Below, in pieces: positions 37,687 through 47,527 of a DNA stretch of 47,527 nt (position 1 is its first letter; each line of letters begins with the position of its first letter). The notes beneath the pieces were generated by a model. That model worked only from the letters and a program-made list of their open reading frames with translations. It was not told the DNA's origin and did not search any database. Origin of the DNA: Octopus bimaculoides (Eukaryota). The stretch lies in contig NC_068985.1 in assembly GCF_001194135.2 (NCBI RefSeq), forward strand, positions 80,180,841-80,228,367, given 5' to 3'. Both the position numbers and the translations under genes were made by a program.

Positions 37687-38152
37687 GTATGTATTTATAT
37701 ATATGTATATAAAACTGTATACACACACGCACACACACAAACACGCACACACGCATACATACATACATACATACATACATACATACATACATACATACAT
37801 ACATACATAATCTGAACTGTATGTTATATAAAGAAAACTAACTCTTCTTCTTGGAATCGGTCCAAATTCACTTACCAAACAAACAAGGACTTGATATTAA
37901 ATAGCTACTCCTTGGCACATTGCCGTTTTTATGCAGTTAGCATTTAGCAATTCTGTAACAAAAATGACGTCGTTATTGAAGTAGATCATATATTTAACAT
38001 ACACACCTATAGTTCAAGTAGCGATGGTTATATTGATCCAACAATAAACATATTTTATAGTTGTCCCCCTTCTTCACTCTTCATTTCTATGTTTCTATAC
38101 TATGTTGCCAAATGATTGCGTACACGCATAGAGTATAATGTTGTGTGTATGT

Positions 38153-38223
<71 letters not shown>

Positions 38224-39317
38224 GCAGACTAGTAAAGACAGAGAGATATGTGCACATGCATGTACGCGTATGTAAACAGGGAACAAGTGTCTAAAAGACT
38301 CATAAAAATATTTTTAGACTTTAGGTATTATTGAATCTGCCTCGCATGAAAATAGCTTAGAAAGTGCTGTCTTTTTCTGACGTTTATTTATTTATCTTTT
38401 TTCAATTATTGGATTACAGCCATCCTGGATCGAAACCTTGATCCAATCGACTCTAATTCTTACTATTTTANNNNNNNNNNNNNNNNNNNNNNNNNNNNNN
38501 NNNNNNNNNNNNNNNNNNNNNNNNNNNNNNNNNNNNNNNNNNNNNNNNNNNNNNNNNNNNNNNNNNNNNNNNNNNNNNNNNNNNNNNNNNNNNNNNNNNN
38601 NNNNNNNNNNNNNNNNNNNNNNNNNNNNNNNNNNNNNNNNNNNNNNNNNNNNNNNNNNNNNNNNNNNNNNNNNNNNNNNNNNNNNNNNNNNNNNNNNNNN
38701 NNNNNNNNNNNNNNNNNNNNNNNNNNNNNNNNNNNNNNNNNNNNNNNNNNNNNNNNNNNNNNNNNNNNNNNNNNNNNNNNNNNNNNNNNNNNNNNNNNNN
38801 NNNNNNNNNNNNNNNNNNNNNNNNNNNNNNNNNNNNNNNNNNNNNNNNNNNNNNNNNNNNNNNNNNNNNNNNNNNNNNNNNNNNNNNNNNNNNNNNNNNN
38901 NNNNNNNNNNNNNNNNNNNNNNNNNNNNNNNNNNNNNNNNNNNNNNNNNNNNNNNNNNNNNNNNNNNNNNNNNNNNNNNNNNNNNNNNNNNNNNNNNNNN
39001 NNNNNNNNNNNNNNNNNNNNNNNNNNNNNNNNNNNNNNNNNNNNNNNNNNNNNNNNNNNNNNNNNNNNNNNNNNNNNNNNNNNNNNNNNNNNNNNNNNNN
39101 NNNNNNNNNNNNNNNNNNNNNNNNNNNNNNNNNNNNNNNNNNNNNNNNNNNNNNNNNNNNNNNNNNNNNNNNNNNNNNNNNNNNNNNNNNNNNNNNNNNN
39201 NNNNNNNNNNNNNNNNNNNNNNNNNNNNNNNNNNNNNNNNNNNNNNNNNNNNNNNNNNNNNNNNNNNNNNNNNNNNNNNNNNNNNNNNNNNNNNNNNNNN
39301 NNNTAATATAAATTGTA

Positions 39318-39485
39318 GTGCCGTGATGACGTAGCAAAGGTGTTACATTGGAAACTGTGTGAAAAGTGCAGGTTACACAGAGGCGAGGCGTGGTACGAAC
39401 GCAATCCCAGAGAGTGGCTGAGTCGGAGACCTGCAAAATTCTGTGGGATTTACCAATCCAAACGGACCAGGTGCTTGAGCATAGG
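39318..39485 (+). mobile_element. R4/Dong-like (RLE) retrotransposon fragment leading into the endonuclease
   Basis: RDDVAKVLHWKLCEKCRLHRGEAWYERNP, one frameshift, then RVAESETCKILWDLPIQTDQVLEHR; matches the RH(D)..A..HW...KILWD..IQTD motif. Confidence 0.85.
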
Positions 39486-39649
39486 GGTAATGGACAGGGT
39501 GAACCACATTTCCTCTTTAATTGCTCTTGCATCTATTTCCCTTTGACCCACGAATAATTAAGAACGAAGGCGATAAAATAGACATATACAATCCTCTTAA
39601 ACAAGAGATAACTCTATTGTAGAAAATGAAAAAGGTGAAGATAAGGCCA

Positions 39650-40250
39650 ATTATTATTATTGGAAAAGTAAGAGAAAAACAATCTAGAAAAGGTGGATTC
39701 GTGTGTCGACTCTCTATTCGGAGCGAAATAACTCACATGTTCAAGAAACTATTGCACAAAACAAAGCTTAGAATTGTGTAGTAGAAATATAGGTAGTGCC
39801 ATTAAACCCTAAATAGAAGGCTGTACCGCCTGGGAAAAACCATTATACCGTTAGCAACAAAAGAGTTTATAAAACCAATTCACCACAAAACAAGAGACGT
39901 GATATACCACACGAGGTCAATGGAGGAGCGGAGTAGGATACTATCTTAACCTATATAGGATCAACAGATCGTAGTACAGATGTAAAAGTCAATGATATGA
40001 ACCTAGCATTTTTTCTCTAGTAACATTCCACAGATAAAAATGAAATGTCAATAAGCAATGAAGTAATATAAATCTTTATTGCACTCCAAACAATCCAACG
40101 TTAAGACAGGTCACCGAGTCCGTACACATATTAGGAACAGAAGCCAAACTCATCACTCCTTCAAAAGAAAGAGCAACTCTCGACCAACACACGCCTAAAC
40201 AAAAAGAATATTACAATAAGAATAATTATAAAGATTATAGTGCTAGGCAG
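39650..40250 (+). mobile_element. Decayed Penelope-like GIY-YIG region
   Basis: DVIYH and TYIGSTDRS in neighbouring frames, upstream MFKKLLHKTKLRIV, downstream HILGTEAKL; multiple stops. Confidence 0.5.
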
Positions 40251-42459
40251 TCTAATCTAATTTATTACGACATAATTAATGATGTGTGTAAGATGTAAAT
40301 GGAAACAAAAACAACACACATTCACACTGAAATACGTTGGAATAATACAAGACACTAAAGAAGCAAAAACTATTGTGAGGAAATCACTGAAAAGCCATAA
40401 TTCTGTGATACAAGATTTTAAATCGATAAATTAATTAATTAAAGAGATTGTAACCAGTACACTTTTTTAGAATAATCTATCAAAAGTACATTATTTGTTT
40501 CAACACATAGTTTCACAAACATAATTATCTTGTGGAAAGGAGAAAGGAAAAAAAAATATATGTATGTGTATATATATATAAATAGAATTTTACAATTGAA
40601 TTTAAAAAGATATTCCTGGAGTAATTAACTAAGCAAGTATTTGGACAGAAGAAAATTACTCTGGAGAATTTTTGTGTGCTGATAACTCATCGTTAACATC
40701 ACTTCGTTGTTCAAACCGTCTTTTTTCTCTTAATTGTCTAATACCGTTCATATACACAGAAATTACGTATGTGTATATATGTATCTGTTCATATATACTG
40801 TTCATATATACTGTTCATATATACTTATATCTGTGCGTGTATGCATGTATGTGTGTGTGTGTGTATGTGTGTGNNNNNNNNNNNNNNNNNNNNNNNNNNN
40901 NNNNNNNNNNNNNNNNNNNNNNNNNNNNGTGTGTGTGTGTGTGTGTGTGTGACGATATGATGGGCGCAGTGACGCGTCCGTTGAGATCTTGGTCCGATAA
41001 ACGAATCTGTTAACCTCGTTGTAGTATATCGTTATCTATATGTACACACATGTTTCGCTAAATGCGTTGCTATAAATAAGGAATAAGGAGAAAGTTGGGT
41101 ATTTGAAGAGGGAGTTTCAGAAGTTATGATATGCATGTCTTGCGGGTGTAATGCGTGTATGTATGTGCGTGTTAGTGTGCATATTGCCGTGCACGTCGGC
41201 ACATATTTGTCTATGTATGTATACATATGTGTGTGTGTTTGTGTGTGTTGTGTATGTGTGTATATTATATTATTTCGTGTTTAGCTATGTAGTATGCATG
41301 CCTGTGTATATCTCAGTATGTATGTATGTATTTATGTATGTGAGTGAGTATATGCCTATATATATGTCTATATATGTACACACATACGCACACACACACA
41401 CAGATGAACACATGCAGCCACAATCACACATAGTCTATTGTATCTACACTCAACCCACTAGCTTCCTGTGGAGATCCAAAGGCCTCTGTCTGGCCCCAGT
41501 GGACATCGCTAAAGAGTGACTAGATNNNNNNNNNNNNNNNNNNNNNNNNNNNNNNNNNNNNNNNNNNNNNNNNNNNNNNNNNNNNNNNNNNNNNNNNNNN
41601 NNNNNNNNNNNNNNNNNNNNNNNNNNNNNNNNNNNNNNNNNNNNNNNNNNNNNNNNNNNNNNNNNNNNNNNNNNNNNNNNNNNNNNNNNNNNNNNNNNNN
41701 NNNNNNNNNNNNNNNNNNNNNNNNNNNNNNNNNNNNNNNNNNNNNNNNNNNNNNNNNNNNNNNNNNNNNNNNNNNNNNNNNNNNNNNNNNNNNNNNNNNN
41801 NNNNNNNNNNNNNNNNNNNNNNNNNNNNNNNNNNNNNNNNNNNNNNNNNNNNNNNNNNNNNNNNNNNNNNNNNNNNNNNNNNNNNNNNNNNNNNNNNNNN
41901 NNNNNNNNNNNNNNNNNNNNNNNNNNNNNNNNNNNNNNNNNNNNNNNNNNNNNNNNNNNNNNNNNNNNNNNNNNNNNNNNNNNNNNNNNNNNNNNNNNNN
42001 NNNNNNNNNNNNNNNNNNNNNNNNNNNNNNNNNNNNNNNNNNNNNNNNNNNNNNNNNNNNNNNNNNNNNNNNNNNNNNNNNNNNNNNNNNNNNNNNNNNN
42101 NNNNNNNNNNNNNNNNNNNNNGATCCAAAGGCCTCTGTCTGGCCCCAGTGGACATCGCTAAAGAGTGACTAGATAACATAGAAAGTCATTTTAAGTTTGT
42201 TGGAAATAAACAAAGACAAAATAATCATTATTAAATAAAAGAGCATTATTAAATAAAATAAATGAATAAGGAAAATTGGAAAAGCACTAATACTAAAATT
42301 TCAGTCAGGACTTATAATAACCGGGCAGCTATTATCTCGTAACGGATGCAGAGCATAATGCTCTCTCAGTGGCGTAATAAGTACGACGTAAATTTTTGAC
42401 ACTTTATAGTATGTTACAAAATTGAACAAACGTAAACATAAGGACATAAACGTTTACAG

Positions 42460-42512
<53 letters not shown>

Positions 42513-43194
42513 TTGTATGTAGGTTTTTGGTTTATTATGGTCGTACAGCGTTGTAACTGTTTCAGTTTCGGCACTCGGTCTCGGATTGAATTATTTGTCA
42601 AACAAATACAACTTTATGTATGTATAAGTCCATCCCTGGTAAGTGGATTAAGTATCATACACATACACACACACGTATACATACATACACACATATACAT
42701 ATATATGTATATACACACACACATATATGTGGATTGTTGAATTCCAAAAGGTTTTACCTACACACTTCTTCACACATTCGCAGAAACGGCCGTAAGATTC
42801 TTTCGTATTTATTGGATTCATTCGAGGACTTCCCTTTTGGATTATTGCGAACTGTCATCTCAACTTGAGACTTAAATTTGTCTATATGTATTTATGCAAT
42901 TATTTATCCGACTTTGATTTGGGCACAGAATTACACTATTATATGTATATGTATGTTTTTATATCTTATATGCTCGCATATTTATAATGGCTTATGTATA
43001 TACCCCCTGTGTTTAGATGTGTGTCGGCTTTGATGACGTGTATTATTGACCTTGAAATTTGTCTCTTTATAATTAATACTTTAATCTAATCGCTCAATAA
43101 ATTGAGCCTTACGCTGTTGTTTCTTGAAAAGTGTTCACCTCTTCAACTTTTCATTACCTACACACACACACACACTCACATACACACATATATA

Positions 43195-43365
43195 TGCTTT
43201 TACGTCTTTCAGTCATTAGACTACGGCTATGCATGGACACCACTTTGATGTATCGACCCCAGTACTTATTTTATTTGTTTCTGTAAGCCTGTTACTTATT
43301 CTATCGGTCTCCTTTGGCGAACAGTTTGCTTACGGGGATGTAAACACGCCAACACCGATTGTCAT
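43195..43365 (-). mobile_element. Family A SINE tail half, degenerate
   Basis: TCAGTCATTAGACT..ATCGACCCCAG..TACTTATTCTATCGGTCTC..TTACGGGGATGTAAACAC. Confidence 0.75.
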
Positions 43366-43986
43366 AAATAATGCAGTTTTTTCAATTGCATGAACTAAAA
43401 GTCGGAGGGATAATCTACCTACATGAACTTGCTATAAAAACAGGTAGTAATTTTACCTTGTCCTTATTCTTAGTGCAAGTTCTGAAGAGTGCAGTCCGAT
43501 TTTAACAGTTATTTTTTGAAAGCTATAACGGAAGTGACAAAGGAGCATATTCGGCATAAAGTCCAAATAATTGTACATACCGTCCAAAGCAGGTTTATAC
43601 GTCTACACGCGCGCGCGCGCACATACATACATACATACATACATACATACAAGCATACATACATACATACAAACATACATACATTTTCATACATATATTA
43701 TCATACATTATCAAATGCCGCGGAGGTTACATTGCCTTTCATCTGGGTTCAATGTAATTGACTGGCCCCACCTCCCTGGAATTTTAGGCCTTGTGTCTGT
43801 AATAGAAATTATCATCATTATCATTGTTGTTGTTGTTGTTGTTGTTAATGTTGTTCAGCAGAAACTTTCATTAGTGTGCCAGAGGCCGATATTTCGTGCA
43901 TGGTACTTTATAAAGTGTAACGGTTTTGTAACTTTTTGCCGATTAAAAATATATATATATGTGTGTCTGAGTGTGCCTATGACTAA

Positions 43987-44310
43987 CTGGCACTCCGTCG
44001 GTTACGACGGCGAGTGTTTCATTTGATCCGATCAACGAAACAGTCTGTTCGTGAAATTAATGTGAAAATAGCTGAGCATTCCACAAACACGCGTACATTT
44101 AATGTAGCTCTCAGGGAGATTCAGCGTAGCAAGTAATGTGACGAGGTTGCCCCTTTAAAATATAGCTACAACTCATTTTTACCAGCTGAGTGGACTAGAG
44201 CAACGTGAAATAAAGTGTCTTTCTCAAGGACACAATACACCGTGAGGTATCGAACTCCCAACCTCAAGATCGTCAAACGAATACCCTTACCATTTAGCCA
44301 CGCACCTTCA
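43987..44310 (-). mobile_element. Mosaic SINE with family C head/core and family D tail
   Basis: 44175-44310 matches 905-1045 and the reverse complement of 45270-45410; 43987-44170 matches the reverse complement of 13765-13935. Confidence 0.75.
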
Positions 44311-44312
44311 CA

Positions 44313-44313
44313 G

Positions 44314-44409
<96 letters not shown>

Positions 44410-44426
44410 TGTGTGTGTGTGTGTGT
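44313..44426. repeat. (GT)n microsatellite
   Basis: Direct reading. Confidence 0.95.
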
Positions 44427-44429
44427 GCA

Positions 44430-44590
44430 CAACGTGCTTCCGCAGTTTCCGTCTACTAAATTAGCGTACAAGACAGTATATTCGGTGCTGTAGTAGAAGA
44501 CACTTGCCCAAGGCGCCGTGCAGTGGAACTGAATCCGACACTACGTCACTGTGAAGCGAACTTCCTAATCACACAGCCATGCCTGCGCCT
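44430..44590 (-). mobile_element. Family A SINE head half, degenerate
   Basis: CAGTTTCCGTCTAC..TAGTAGAAGACACTTGCCCAAGG..ACTGAATCCG..CACACAGCCATGCCTGCGCCT. Confidence 0.75.
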
Positions 44591-45112
44591 AAGCCATGCC
44601 CGAAAACGCCTAGCAACGTAAAACTGACAATGCACTTGCTTGACTTTTAATCTTTTACTGTCAGTTGCAACATAACGTAGGTGTTATATATTTGTATAAC
44701 GTTATTCAAATGTACACCATCTGTCAACCAATTCTGAGGGTAAAAAAAGGCCAAGCTAATGAAGTTCTGTATTATAGTGATTCTGTGAGAATTTGAATGT
44801 ATTCCAAACGTGTCACTGAAATGTGACCAAACATTATCAATGTGACATATCTGTAATTATTGCAAGATGTTCACTTGTTGCTCCTGTTGTTGTGGTTGTT
44901 GTTAAGCCTTGATCCAGCTGACCTTACTATTAAAGGCTTCCCAGACATAAAAATCCTCTAGTTATACATCTGTTTCATGCATAATATATACCCCAATCTA
45001 TATTATGTAACGTGCGTAATGTGTGTACTTTCTGCATAAACTGTATAATTGTTATTTCTTGCGGGTGGAGGAACCTGCTAAAAACAGCAGCCTCTCGCTC
45101 TTTCTCTCTCTA

Positions 45113-45146
<34 letters not shown>

Positions 45147-45269
45147 TCTCTCACACACACACGCGCGCACGCGCGCGCACACACATTATATTACATGCTT
45201 GTATATATATATATAAATGCATATATATATATATATATATATACATGCATGTATATATATATAAAGTGA

Positions 45270-45607
45270 AGGCGCATGGCTCAGTGGTTAGAGCGTCGAG
45301 TTTACGATCGAGAGGCTGTGAGTTCGAATCCCGGACCGAGCTGCGTGTTGTGTTCTTGAGCAAGACACTTTATTTCACAATGTTCCAGTTCACTCAGCTG
45401 TAGAAATGAGTTGCGACGTCACAGGTGCCAAGCTGTATCAGCCTTTGCCTTTCCCTTGGATAACATCGGTGGCATGGAGAGGGGAGGCCGGTATGCATGG
45501 GCGACTACTGGTCTTCCATAAACAACCTTGAGCGGATCTGTACCTGGGAGGGTAACTTTCTAGGTGCAATCCTATGGTCAGTCATGACCGAAGGGGGTGG
45601 TCTCTCT
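45270..45607 (+). mobile_element. Family C SINE (tail type 3), full length
   Basis: A-box TGGCTCAGTGG, B-box GTTCGAATCC, core CTTGAGCAAGACACTT..CCAGTTCACTCAGCTG; tail shared with 29376-29560. Confidence 0.88.
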
Positions 45608-46227
45608 CAGCATATATATAAACACACCCAGACATATATGTAAGGATGTGTGTGTGTGTGTGCATATATTCATGTATATATATATTACATTCACGGAGAG
45701 AAGAATAACGGACAAACAGTAACAAGTGTAAAGAATTTAATTTTATACAAAATTGCATGTTCACTTTCCATGATGTAAGTAGGTCTTATCTTTGTAGCTG
45801 TTTCAAATTATCTGTGCATCATTGATATAACAATACATATTATGCAAGCAGATGCAATACTAAGGCAAAAATAGTATGAACTAGCACAAGTTTTTATGAC
45901 TGAACATCTTATCACATATTCACCATATTCTTTACAGAAAACTGTGCAAGTATGTGAACAGAGGTAGAGTTATGCATATTGTGGCTCTGTTGGCACACTT
46001 GGCCTTTATTTTCTAAAGAAAATGCTGGAAATCTGCCACATAGAGACCTTCAGTAATCAAAATTCATTCTAGTAGATACTATAGTTAGTCTTATGTTTAT
46101 GGGTAATATTGCACCTGCTTGCATAACGTGCATTGTTACATCAACCATTTACGGATGATCTGAAACGGGTGTAAAGACATATCCATCTTACATCGTATAA
46201 TTTTTCATATTAATACATTCCTGATAC

Positions 46228-46351
46228 CTGTTATTGTTTGTTCGTCATCCTCCGATGTAGGCTCGATTTCGATCGTTCTTCTCGCCAACTCTTCTATTTC
46301 TGGACTACTCCATTCGTGATGAAAGAGTTGGAGTTTAAAGATCTGGTCTCT
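46228..46351 (-). CDS. Candidate internal exon, 124 nt, phase 0 to 1, unknown protein
   Basis: tctgcAG acceptor and CAG|GTATCA donor; open frame RDQIFKLQLFHHEWSSPEIEELARRTIEIEPTSEDDEQTIT; GC-richer than flanks; no homology recognised. Confidence 0.3.
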
Positions 46352-46429
46352 CTGCAGATATATATATATATATATATANNNNNNNNNNNNNNNNNNNNNN
46401 NNNNNNNNNNNNNNNNNNNNNNNNNNNNN

Positions 46430-46468
<39 letters not shown>

Positions 46469-47232
46469 AGATAAAAGAAGTGATGTGAAAGAAGAGATGT
46501 TTATTCCAATCGTTTACAGCTGTTACATAATGTTGTTTGTTATATAGTAGATATTAAATGTTTTAAATAATGAATGATGAAAATGAGAATTTACGTAATG
46601 TATAAAGTAATCCATAATATTGCATTATGCTTACATTAAACAAAGATTCTCAGCGAAATAATTGTCGCAAAATTTAAAACTATTCCTTTGTTTCTTAGTA
46701 TTATTGCTGGTAAACAATTGGAATGACAAATTACAAGAAAACAGTCTTCATCGCTACTTATAAACTGATAATAGGTTACTTCACTGTCTTCTCTGCGTGA
46801 TTCTGTCCAGCCAATCGGTGGCGTGCTACCTGCTGAGATGCCTTGATTCTTTATGAATCCTATATAAGTATATGTATGAATGTATGTATGTATGTACTAG
46901 CATACATATACACACGCGTGCACACACACACATTTAATAATATTTATAGTAAGCATATGCTTATACTTTCCATGTGTTTATAACTTTCCATCAGGTACCA
47001 TCATTGCTCGAGCAAAATAAATATTTCAATGGAAGATACAGGGAATGAGTACAGAACTATTTGAGAGAGGATTTCAAGTGATGATTGTGTTGTTGTTATT
47101 GTTGTTACTGTTCCTCCACACAGGTGGGGGGGGGCAGACCTTCTGTAATGGTCCCAGTGTGAAATAAAATCCGAAATGAAAAATACTTCCTTTAACAAGT
47201 CTGACCGACATCCGTAACAAACATTAATACTA

Positions 47233-47436
47233 ATAATCCTTTCTACAGTAGACACAAGGCCTGAACTTTGTGGAGAGGGGGCTACTCAATTACATCGACC
47301 CCAGTACTTACTTGGCACTTATTTTTTCGGCCCCGAAAGGATGAAAGGCAAAGACGACATCAGCATCATTTGAACTCAGAACGTGATGACGGACGTTTTG
47401 TCCGCTGTGCTAACGATTCTGTCAGTTCGCTGCCTG
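47233..47436 (-). mobile_element. Family B SINE with small internal deletion
   Basis: Colinear with 4617-4833. Confidence 0.85.
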
Positions 47437-47438
47437 CA

Positions 47439-47504
<66 letters not shown>

Positions 47505-47515
47505 CACCACCACCA
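47439..47515. repeat. (TAC)n switching to (CAC)n microsatellite
   Basis: Direct reading. Confidence 0.95.
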
Positions 47516-47527
47516 CCTGCGAGGAAT

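Noticed and set aside
37876-37952. Minus-strand exon with strong splice sites (also 34984-35014 and 19065-19192)
   Set aside because: Stops occur in all frames, or the phase does not fit the neighbouring candidates; such pseudo-exons are expected by chance, though a UTR/lncRNA role is not excluded.
24997-42638. RFamide neuropeptide (PPFLR|FG) from splicing 25040 to an exon near 42566
   Set aside because: There is no signal peptide and no basic cleavage residue after the Gly; the join is arbitrary.
1562-46474. Long ORFs in the track spanning N-runs or (CA)/(TA)/(GA) repeats
   Set aside because: They are open only because of X codons or stop-free microsatellites.

Overview
Eukaryotic, AT-rich, repeat-dense non-coding DNA from a gapped draft assembly, with many N-runs and long microsatellites. 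The SINE families resemble those I recognise from Octopus genomes; this is my inference and was not checked by a search. No complete protein-coding gene, rRNA, true tRNA or CRISPR array is supported, and almost all ORF-track entries are microsatellite, N-run or repeat artefacts. The window contains four tRNA-headed SINE groups, several with clear target-site duplications (TSDs). It also holds decayed LINE fragments (two RTE, two R4/Dong-like, probable Penelope), Tc1/mariner elements, a hAT-type MITE, a Helitron remnant and an unclassified fold-back element. The best second-look items are a TSD-bounded SINE dimer, head/tail module swapping among SINEs, inverted SINE pairs that could form ADAR substrates, the fold-back element beside ~195-bp periodic repeats, and a low-confidence chain of phase-compatible candidate exons on the minus strand. 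I found no convincing novel biological system.
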